Source of the DNA: Eledone cirrhosa
Lineage: Eukaryota
NCBI GenBank assembly: GCA_964016885.1
Contig: OZ024740.1
Coordinates: 287,184,001 to 287,248,000, forward strand
Direction: 5' to 3'
Length of the DNA: 64,000 nucleotides
Part shown: piece by piece, positions 52,601-64,000 of the stretch
How the letters are laid out: each line of letters begins with the position of its first letter
Position numbering within the stretch: position 1 is the first letter of the stretch
Made by a program: the position numbers and the translations under genes
Notes under the pieces: model-generated
Databases searched by the model: none
Told to the model about the DNA's origin: nothing
The model's input: only the letters and a program-made list of their open reading frames with translations

Positions 52601-55600
52601 CATGCTACTATCTGTGGCTCTACCATTGAACATGTTACTATCTGTGGCTCTACCATTGAACATGCTACTATATGTGGCTCTACCATTGGAGATGCTACTA
52701 TCAGTGGCTCTACCGTTGAACATGCTACTATCAGTGGCTCTACCATTGAACATGCTACTATCAGTGGCTCTACCGTTGAACATGCTACTATTTGTGGCTC
52801 TATTATGGAACATGCTACTATCTGTGGCTCTACCATTGAACATGCTACTATTTGTAGCTCTACCATTGAACATGCTACTATCTGTGGCTCTACCATTGAA
52901 CATGTTACTATCTTTGGCTCTACTATTGAATATGCTACTATCTGTGGCTCTACCATTGAACATGTTACTATGTGTGGCTCTACCATTGAACATGCTACTA
53001 TATATGGCTCTACCATTGACCATGCTACTATCTGTGGCTCTACTATTGAACATGCTACTATCTGTGGCTCTACCATTCAACATGCTACTATCTGTGGCTC
53101 TACCATTGCACATGCTACTGTCTGTGGCTCTACCATTGACCATGCTACTATCTGTGGCTCTACCATTGACCATGCTACTATCTGTGGCTCTACCATTGAA
53201 CATGCTACTATCTGAGGCTCTATTATTTAACATGCTACTGTCTGTGACTCTACTATTGAACATGCTACTGTCTGTGGCTCTACTATTGAACATGCTACTG
53301 TCTGTGGCTCTACTATTGAACATGCTACTATCTGTGGCTCTACCATTGAACATGCTACTATCTGTGACTCTACTATTGAACATGCTACTGTCTGTGGCTC
53401 TACTATTGAACATGCTACTATCTGTGACTCTACGATTGAACATTCTACTATCTGTGGCTCTACCATTGAACATGTTACTATCTGTGGCTCTACTATTGAA
53501 CATGCTACTATCTGTGGCTCTACCATTGTATATGCTACTATCTGTGGCTCTACCATTGAACATGCTACTGTATGTGGCTCTACTATTGAACATGCTACTG
53601 TCTGTGGATCTAACATTGAACATGCTACTGTCTGTGGCTCTACCATTGAACATGTTACTATCTGTGGCTCTACCATTGAACATGCTACTGTCTGTGGCTC
53701 TACCATTGAACATGCTACAGTCTGGGGCTCTATTATTGAACATGTTACTATCTTTGGCTCTGCCAAGGAACATGCTACTATCTGTGGCTCTACCATTGAA
53801 CATGCTACTATCTGTGGCTCTACTATTGAACATGCTACTATCTGTGGCTCTACCATTGAACATGCTACTGTCTGTGGTTCTACCATTGAACATGCTATTA
53901 TCTGTGGCTCTACCATTGAACATGCTACTATCTGTGGCTCTACCATTGAACATGCTACTGTCTGTGGCTCTACCATTGAACATGTTACTATCTGTGGCTC
54001 TACCATTGAACATGCTACTATCTGTGGCTCTACCATTGAACATGCTACTGTCTGTGGCTCTGCCATTAGACATACCACTGTCTGTGGCTCTACCATTGAA
54101 CATGTTACTGTCTGTGACTCTACAATTGAACATGCTACTATCTGTGGCTCTACCATTGAACATGCTACTATCTGTGGTTCTACGATTGAACATGCTACTA
54201 TCTGTGGCTCTACTATTGAACATGTTATTATCTGTGGCTCTACCATTGAACTTGCTAATATCTGTGGCCTGTGGCTCTACTATTGAACATGCTACTGTCT
54301 GTGGCTCTACCATTAGACATACCACTGTCTGTGGCTCTACCATTGAACATGTTACTATCTGTGGCTCTACCATTGAACATGCTACTGTCTGTGGCACTAC
54401 CATTGAACATGCTACTGTCTGTGGCACTACCATTGAACATGCTACTGTCTGTGGCTCTACTATTGAACATGTTACTATCTGTAGCTCTACTATTGAACAT
54501 ACTCCTATCTTTGGCTCTACTATTGAACATGCTACTATCAGTGGCTCTACCATTGAACATGCTACTGTCTGTGGCTCTACCATTGAACATGCTACTATCT
54601 GCGGAACTACCATTGAACATGATACTATCAGTGGCTCTACCATTGAACATGCTACTATCTGTGGCTCTACCATTGAACATGCTACTATCTGTGGCTCTAC
54701 CATTGAACATGCTACTATCTGTGGCTCTACCACTGAACATGCTACTATCTGTGGCTCTACCATTGAACATGCTACTGTCTGTGGCTCTACCATTGAACAT
54801 GCTACTGTCTGTGGCTCTACCATTGAACATGCTACTATCGGTGGCTCTACCATTGAACATGCTACTATCTGTGGCTCTACCATTGAACATGCTACTATCT
54901 GAGGCTCTATTATTGAACATGCCACTATCTGTGTCTCTACCATTGAACATGCTACTATCGGTGGCTCTACCATTGAACATGCTACTATCTGTGGCTCTAC
55001 CATTGAACATGCTACTATCTGTGGCTCTACCATTGAACATGCTACTATCTGAGGCTCTATTATTGAACATGCTACTATCTGTGGCTCTACCATTGAACAT
55101 GCTACTATCTGTGGCTCTATTGTTGAACATGCTACTGTCTGTGGCTTCTACTATTGAACATGGTACTATCTGTGGCTCTACTATTAAACATGTTATTATC
55201 TGTAGCTCTACCATTGAACATGTTATTATCTGTGGCTCTACCATTGAACATGCTACTATCTGTGGCCTGTAGCTCTACTATTGAACATGCTACTGTCTGT
55301 GGCTCTACCATTAGACATACCACTGTTTGTGGATCTACCATTACACATACAACTGTCTGTGGCGCTACCATTGAACATGTTACTATTTGTGGCTCTACCA
55401 TTGAACATGCTACTGTCTGTGGCTCTACCATTAGACATACCACTGTTTGTGGATCTACCATTACACATACAACTGTCTGTGGCGCTACCATTGAACATGT
55501 TACTATTTGTGGCTCTACCATTGAACATGCTACTATCTGTGGCTCTACCATTGAACATGTTACTATCTGTGGCTCTTCTATTGAACATGCTACTATTTGT

Positions 55601-58600
55601 GGCTCTACTATTGAACATGCTACTATCTGAGGCTCTATTATTGAACATGCTACTATCTGTGGCTCTACTATTGAACATGCTACTATCTGTGGCTCTACCA
55701 TTGAACATGCTACTATCTGTGACTCTACCATTGAACATGCTACTATCAGTGGCTCTACCATTGAACATGCTACTATCTGAGGCTCTATTATAAACATGCT
55801 ACTGTCTGTGGCTCAACCATTGCACATGCTACTATCTGTGGCTCTACCATTGTACATGCTACTATCTGTGGCTCTACCATTGAACATGTTACTGTCTGTG
55901 GCTCTACCATTGAACATGTTACTGTCTGTGGCTCTACCATTGAACATGTTACTATCTGTGGCTTTACCATTGAACATGCTACTGTCTGTGGCTTTACCAT
56001 TGTACATGCTACTATCTGTGGCTCTACCATTGAACATGTTACTGTCTGTGACTCTACAATTGAACATGCTACTATCTGTGGCTCTACCATTGAACATGCT
56101 ACTATCTGTGGCTCTATTATTGAACATGCTACTATCTGTGGCTCTACCATTGACCATGCTACTATCTGTGGCTCTACCATTGAACATGCTACTATCGGTG
56201 GCTCTATTATTGAACATGCTACTATCTGTGGCTCTGCCATTGAACATGTTACTGTCAGTGGCTCTACCATTGAACATGTTACTATCTGTGGCTCTACCAT
56301 TGAACATGCTACTATCTGTGGCTCTACCATTGAACATGCTACTATCTGTGGCTCTATTATTGAACATGCTACTATCTGTGGCTCTACCTTGAACATGCTA
56401 CTGTCTGTGGCTCTACCATTGAACATGCTACTGTCTGTGGCTCTACCATTGAACATGTTACTATCTGTGGCTCTACCATTGAATTTGTTACAATCTGTGG
56501 CTCTACCATTGAACATGCTACTGTCTTTGGCTTTACCATTGAACATGCTATTATCTGTGGCTCTACCATTGAACATGCTACTGTCTGTGGCTCTACCATT
56601 GAACATGCTACTGTCTGTAGCACTACCATTGAATATGGTGCTGTCTGTGGCTCTACCATTGAACATGTTACTGTCTTTGACTCTACCATTGAACATGCTA
56701 CTATCTGTGGCTCTACTATTTAACATGCTACTATCTGGGGCTCTACCATTGAACATGTTACTTTCTGTGGCTCTACCATTGAACATGCTACTGTCTGTGG
56801 CTCTACCATTGAACATGCTGCTGTCTGTGGCTCTACCATTGAACATGTTACTGTCTTTGACTCTACCATTGAACATGCTACTATCTGTGGCTCTACTATT
56901 TAACATGCTACTATCTGTGGCTCTACCATTGAACATGCTACTATCTGTGGCTCTACTATTGAACATGTTATTATCTGTAGCTCTACCATTGAACATGTTA
57001 TTATCTGTGGCTCTACCATTGAACATGCTACTGTCTGTGGCTCTACCATTAGACATACCACTGTTTGTGGATCTACCATTACACATACAACTGTCTGTGG
57101 CTCTACCATTTAACATGCTACTATCTGAGGCTCTATTATTGAACATGCTACTATCTGTGGCTCTACTATTGAACATGCTACTATCAGTGGCTCTACCATT
57201 GAACATGCTACTATCAGTGGCTCTACCATTGAACATGCTACTATCTGAGGCTCTATTATTTAACATGCTACTGTCTGTGACTCTACCATTAAACATGCTA
57301 CTATCTGTCGCTCTATTGTTGAACATGCTACTATCTGTGGCTCTACTATTGAACATGCTACTGTCTGTGGCTCTACCATTAGACATACCACTGTTTGTGG
57401 ATCTACCATTACACATACAACTGTCTGTGGCTCTACCATTTAACATGCTACTATCTGTGGCTCTACTATTGAACATGCTACTATCTGTGGATCTACCATT
57501 GAATATGCTACTGTCTGTGGCTCTACCATTGAACATGCTACTATCTGCGGAACTACCATTGAATATGCTACTGTCTGTGGCTCTACCATTGAACATGCTA
57601 CTATCTGTGGCTCTACCATTGAACATGTTACTATCTGTGGCTCTACCATTAAACATGCTACTATCTGTGGCTCTACCATTGAATATGCTACTATCTGTGG
57701 CTCTACTATTGAACATGCTACTATTTGTGGCTCTACTATTGAACATACTACTATCAGTGGCTCTACCATGGAACATGCTACTATCTGAGACTCTACCATT
57801 GTACATGCTACTATCAGTGGCTCTACCATTGAACATGGTAGTATGTGAGGCTCTATTATTGAACATGCTACTGTCTGTGACTCTACCATGGAACATGCTA
57901 CTATCTGTGGCTCTATTGTTGAACATGCTACTGTTTGTGGATCTACCATTAGACATACAACTGTCTGTGGCTCTACCATTGAACATGTTACTATCTGTGA
58001 CTGTACCATTGAACATGTTACTATCTGTGGCTCTTACTATCTGTGGCTCTACTATTGAACATGTTATTATCTGTGGCTCTGCCATTGAACATGTTACTGT
58101 CTGTGGCTTTACCATTGAACATGCTACTATCTGTGGCTCTACCATTGAACATGCTACTGTAAATGGCTCTAGCATTGAACATGCTACTGTCTGTGGCTCT
58201 ATTGTTGAACATGCTACTGTCTGTGGCTCTATTGTTGAACATGCTACTGTCTGTGGCTCTACCATTGTACATGCTACTATCTGTGGCTCTACCATTGTAC
58301 ATGCTACTATCTGTGGCTCTACTATTGAACATGCTACTATATATGGCTGTACGATTGAACATGCTACTATCTGTGGCTCTACCATTGAACATGCTACTGT
58401 CTGTGGCTCTGCCATTAGCCATACCACTGTCTGTGGCTCTACCATTGAACATGCTACTATCTGTGGCTCTACCATTGAACATGCTACTGTCTGTGGCTCT
58501 ACCATTGAACATGCTACTATCTGTGGCTCTACCATTGAACATGCTACTATCTGTGGCTCTACTATTGAACATGCTACTATCTGTGGCTCTACCATTGAAC

Positions 58601-61600
58601 ATGCTACTATCTGTGGCTCTACCATTGAATATGCTACTATCTGTGGCTCTACCATTGAACATGCTACTATCAGTGGCTCTACCATTGAACATGCTACTAT
58701 CTGTGGCTCTACCATTGAACATGCTACTATCTGTGGCTCTACCATTGAACATGCTACTATCTGTAGCTCTACCTTTGAACATGCTACTATCTGAGGCTCT
58801 ATTATTTAACATGCTACTGTCTGTGGCTCTACCATTGAACATGCTACTATATGTGGCTCTACCATTGGAGATGCTACTATCTGTGGCTCTACCATTGAAC
58901 ATGCTAGTGTCTGTGGCTCTACCATTGAACATGTTACTATCTGTGGATCTACCATTGAACTTGTTACAATCTGTGGCTCTACCATTGAACATGCTACTGT
59001 CTGTGGCTCTACCATTGAACATGCTACTGTCTGTGGCTCTACCATTGAACATGCTACTATCTGAGGCTCTACCATTGAACATGCTACTGTCTGTGTCTCT
59101 ACCATTGAACATGCTACTGTCTGTGGCTCTACCATTGAATATGGTACAGTCTGAGGCTCTACCATTGAACATGCTACTATCTGTGGCTCTACCATTGAAC
59201 ACGTTACTTTCTGTGGCTCTACCATTGAATATGCTACTGTCTGTGGCTCTACCATTGAACATGCTACTGTCTGTGGCTCTACCATTGAACATGCTGCTGT
59301 CTGTGGCTCTACCATTGAACATGTTACTGTCTTTGACTCTACCATTGAACAAGCTACTGCCTGTGGCTCTACCATTAGACATACCACTGTCTGTGGCTCT
59401 ACCATTAGACATACCACTGTCTGTGGCTCTACCATTGAACATGCTACTGTCTGTGGCTCTACCATTGAACATGCTACTATCTGTGGCTCTACCATTGAAC
59501 ATGCTACTATCTGTGGCTCTACCATTGAACATGCTACTATTTGTGGCTCTACCATTGCACATGCTACTATCTGTGGCTCTAGCATTGAACATGCTACTGT
59601 CTGTGGCTCTACCATTGAACATGCTACTGTCTGTGGCTCTACCATTGAACATGCTACTATCTGTGGCTCTACCATTGCACATGCTACTATCTGTGGCTCT
59701 ACCATTGAACATGCTACTATTTGTGGCTCTACCATTGCACATGCTACTATCTGTGGCTCTACCATTGAACATGCTACTATCTGTGGCTCTACTATTGAAC
59801 ATGCTACTATCTGTGGCTCTACCATTGAACATGCTACTATCTGTGGCTCTACCATTGAACATGCTACTATTTGTGGCTCTACCATTGCACATGCTACTAT
59901 CTGTGGCTCTACCATTGAACATGCTACTATCTGTGGTTCTACCATTGCACATGCTACTGTCTGTGGCTCTATCATTGAACATGCTACTATCTGTGGCTCT
60001 ACCATTGAACATGCTACTATCTGTGGCTCTACCATTGAACATGCTACTATCTGTGGCTCTACCATTAAACATGCTACTGTCTGTGGCTCTACCATTGAAC
60101 ATGTTACTATCTGTGGCTCTACCATTGAACATGCTACTATCTGTGGCTCTACCATTAAACATGCTACTGTCTGTGGCTCTACCATTGAACATGCTACTAT
60201 CTGTGGCTCTACCATTGAACATGCTACTATCTGTGGCTCTACCATTGAACATGCTACTATCTGTGGCTCTACCATTGAACATGCTACTGTCTGTGGCTCT
60301 ACCATTGAACATGCTACTGTCTGTGGCTCTACCATTGAACATGCTACTATCTGTGGCTCTACCATTAAACATGCTACTGTCTGTGGCTCTACCATTGAAC
60401 ATGCTACTATCTGTGGCTCTACCATTGAACATGCTACTATCTGTGACTCTACTATTGAACATGTTACTATCTGTGGCTCTACCATTGAACATGCTACTGT
60501 TTGTAGCTCTACCATTGAACGTGCTACTATCTGTGGCTCTACCATTGAACATGCTACTATCTGTGGCTCTACTATTGAACATGTTACTATCTGTGGCTCT
60601 ACCATTGAACATGCTACTATCTGTGGCTCTACCATTGAACATGCTACTATCTGTGGCTCTACTATTGAACATGCTACTATCTGTGGCTCTACCATTGAAC
60701 ATGCTACTATCTGTGGCTCTACTATTGAACATGCTACTATCTGTGGCTCTACCATTGAACATGCTACTATCTGTGGCTCTACCATTGAACATGCTACTAT
60801 CTGTGGCTCTACTATTGAACATGCTACTATCTGTGGCTCTACCATTGAACATGCTACTATCTGTGGCTCTACCATTGAACATGCTACTATCTGTGGCTCT
60901 ACTATTGAACATGCTACTATCTGTGGCTCTACCATTGAACATGCTACTATCTGTGGCTCTACCATTGAACGTGCTACTATCAGTGGCTCTACCATTGAAC
61001 ATGCTACTATCTGTGGCTCTACTATTGAACATGCTACTATCTGTGGCTCTACCATTGAACATGCTACTATCTGTGGCTCTACCATTAAACATGCTACTGT
61101 CTGTGGCTCTACCATTGAACATGCTACTATCTGTGGCTCTACCATTGAACATGCTACTATCTGTGGCTCTACCATTGAACATGCTACTATCTGTGGCTCT
61201 ACCATTGAACATGCTACTATCTGTGACTCTACTATTGAACATGCTACTATCTGTGGCTCTACTATTGAACATGCTACTATCTGTGACTCTACTATTGAAC
61301 ATGTTACTATCTGTGGCTCTACTATTGAACATGCTACTATCTGTGGCTCTACCATTGAACATGCTACTATATGTGGCTCTACCATTAGACATACAACTGT
61401 CTGTGGTTCTACCATTGAACATGCTACTATCTGTGGCTCTACTATTGAACATGTTACTGTCTGTGACTCTACCATTGAACATGCTACTGTCTGTGGTTCT
61501 ACCATTGAACATGCTACTATCTGTGGTTCTACCATTGAACATGCTACTATCTGTGGTTCTACCATTGAACATGCTACTGTCTGTGGCTTTACCATTGAAC

Positions 61601-62589
61601 ATGTTATTGTAAGTGGTCTACCATCGAACATGCTATTATCTGTGGCTCTGCCATTGAACATGCTATTATCTGTGGCTCTGCCATTGAACATGCTACTATC
61701 TGTGGCTCTATTGTTGAACATGCTACTATCTGTGACTCTACCATTGTATATGCTACTGTCTGTGGCGCTACCATTGAACATGTTACTATCTGTGGCTTTA
61801 CCATTGAACATGCTACTATCTGAGGCTCTACCATTGAACATGCTACTGTCTGTGTCTCTACCATTGAACATGCTACTGTCTGTGGCTCTACCATTGAACA
61901 TGCTACTATCTGTGGCTCTACCATTGAACATGCTACTATCAGTGGCTCTACCATTGAACATGCTCCTATCTGAGGCTCTATTATTGAACATGCTACTATC
62001 TGTGGCTCTACTATTGAACATGGTACTATCTGTGGCTCTATTATTGAACATGCTACTATCTGTGGCTCTACCATTGAACATGTTACTCTCTGTGACTCTA
62101 CCATTGTACATGCTACTATCTGTGGCTCTACCATTGAACATGCTACTATCTGTGGCTCTACCATTGAACATGCTACTATCTGTAGCTCTCCCATTGAACA
62201 TGCTACTCTCTGTGGCTCTACCATTGAACATGCTACTATCTGTGGCTCTACCATTGAACATGCTACTGTCAATGACTCTACCATTGAACATGCTACTATC
62301 TGTGGCTCTACCATTGAACATGCTACTATATGTGGCTCTACCATTGAACATGCTACTATCTGTGGCTCTACCGTTAAAAATGTTGCTGCCTGAGGCTTTG
62401 CCATTAAATACTCATATCTCTTCTGATTACAGCATTACTGTTATGTTAGCAATATTACTAGTAACATAACTCCCAATATCTCATTTAATACCACTACCAC
62501 CAACGTTAGCTCACTGTTTGTGTCAAGTTGTAACCCAGCTGGGTTGTAGGCATAATATGCTGCTAATTTTAATACCTCCATGCAGCCCA

Positions 62590-62735
62590 TAGGTATATTT
62601 AACAAAATGTCAGATAGAATTCTTTACATTATTTGTCCCACCTCTTTGCGCACTATGAGTTCAAATCCCACCAAGGTCAACTTTGCCTTTCATCCTTTCA
62701 AGGTCGATTCTCCCTCTATAGAAAAATTTGGTTGT
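62590..62735 (+). mobile_element. Truncated SINE between the two satellites
   Basis: GAGTTCAAATCCCACCAAGGTCAACTTTGCCTTTCATCCTTTC core. Confidence 0.75.
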
Positions 62736-62989
62736 GTTCAAACCTGGAGACGGTTGGGCTCCGCCAGGTTTAAATGTGCCCTAGACACACCTTATGATGG
62801 TGCCTCTATGACTCCACAAGGAGTTATGGGATCTTTATCCTACACTGATGTAAGGATTCAAACCATACTTTCAGTATCTCCTGCCCACATTTTTGCTGCA
62901 AATTTTCAGGCTGGAGACAGACCACAATCTGTGGCCAGGCCTGCAAAGGTCATGAGTAATGTCTTTTCTCCAATGACTAACTTATAAAA

Positions 62990-64000
62990 ACATGCCATGG
63001 TGTAATAACTGAAACACAGTGTGTGACATGGCTTAACAACTGTATCACTTACTTAGTGTGTGACATGGTGTAATAACTGCGTAATATAGTGTGACATGGT
63101 ATAGCAACTGTGTAACACAGTGTATGACATGACAGCAACTGTGTAACTCACCTGGTGTGTGGTGTGGTGTAATAACTGTGTAATATAGGGTGGCATGGTC
63201 TAGCAACTGTGTAATATAGGGTGACATGGTATAGCAACTGTGTAATATAGTGTGGCATGGTATAGCAACTGTGTAATATAGTGTGACATGGTCTAGCAAC
63301 TGTGTAATATAGGGTGACATGGTCTAGCAACTGTGTAATATAGTGTGACATGGTATAGCAACTGTGTAATATAGTGTGACATGGTCTAGCAACTGTGTAA
63401 TATAGTGTGACATGGTCTAGCAACTGTGTAATATAGTGTGGCATGGTATAGCAACTGTGTAATATAGTGTGACATGGTCTAGCAACTGTGTAATATAGGG
63501 CGACATGATCTAGCAACTGTGTAATATAGTGTGACATGGTATAGCAACTGTGTAATATAGTGTGACATGGTATAGCAACTGTGTAATATAGTGTGACATG
63601 GTCTAGCAACTGTGTAATATAGTGTGACATGGTCTAGCAACTGTGTAATATAGTGTGACATGGTCTAGCAACTGTGTAATATAGTGTGGCATGGTCTAGC
63701 AACTGTGCAATATAGTGTGACATGGTATAGCAACTGTGTAATATAGTGTGACATGGTCTAGCAACTGTGTAATATAGGGTGGCATGGTATAGCAACTGTG
63801 TAATATAGGGTGGCATGGTATAGCAACTGTGTAATATAGTGTGACATGGTATAGCAACTGTGTAATATAGTGTGGCATGGTATAGCAACTGTGCAATATA
63901 GTGTGACATGGTATAGCAACTGTGTAATATAGGGTGACATGGTATAGCAACTGTGTAATATAGGGTGGCATGGTATAGCAACTGTGCAATATAGGGTGGC
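62990..64000. repeat. 31-bp tandem satellite, consensus TGTAATATAGTGTGACATGGTATAGCAACTG, running off the right edge
   Basis: Visible 31-nt periodicity; degenerate start (62990-63170), homogeneous thereafter. Confidence 0.98.

Larger units (their letters stand above)
40780..62408. repeat. 30-bp tandem satellite, about 21.6 kb (roughly 690 units), consensus CTGTGGCTCTACCATTGAACATGCTACTAT
   Basis: Directly visible 30-nt periodicity; degenerate edges; variant 28-, 29- and 37-bp units; interrupted only by two LTR copies. Confidence 0.99.

Noticed and set aside
40780-62408. CRISPR-like array (30-bp repeats)
   Set aside because: Repeats are head-to-tail without unique spacers, the context is eukaryotic, and there are no cas genes.
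40769-63989. Dozens of long ORFs as protein-coding genes
   Set aside because: They are translations of satellite monomers, overlap in several frames on both strands, and switch frame at indel units; no splice or start context.

Overview
AT-rich animal genomic DNA. The SINE and RTE families and the dense (TA)/(TG)/(CAT) microsatellites suggest an octopus or other coleoid cephalopod (inference). Two spliced genes lie head-to-head. On the minus strand is the 5' part of TRABD: two well-conserved TraB-domain exons plus two phase-compatible upstream exons, with the gene running off the left edge. On the plus strand is an uncharacterised intracellular LRR gene (exons 19262-19369, 31162-31791, 36403-36523). 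Its last visible exon ends like the start of an ADP-ribosylglycohydrolase domain, and no further exon was found in the window. The introns are full of mobile DNA: a young PHD-bearing RTE-X-type LINE nested in a TTAA/piggyBac-like MITE, decayed RTE, R4/Dong-, CRE- and Tx1-like fragments, a probable Helitron, and a cluster of SINEs in both orientations. From about 40.8 to 62.4 kb is a 30-bp satellite with nested higher-order duplications and two copies of a 445-bp solo LTR. A 31-bp satellite follows, whose reverse complement resembles the 30-mer. The many long ORFs at 40-64 kb are satellite artefacts. Repeat boundaries were read by eye and are approximate unless a TSD or splice site is quoted.
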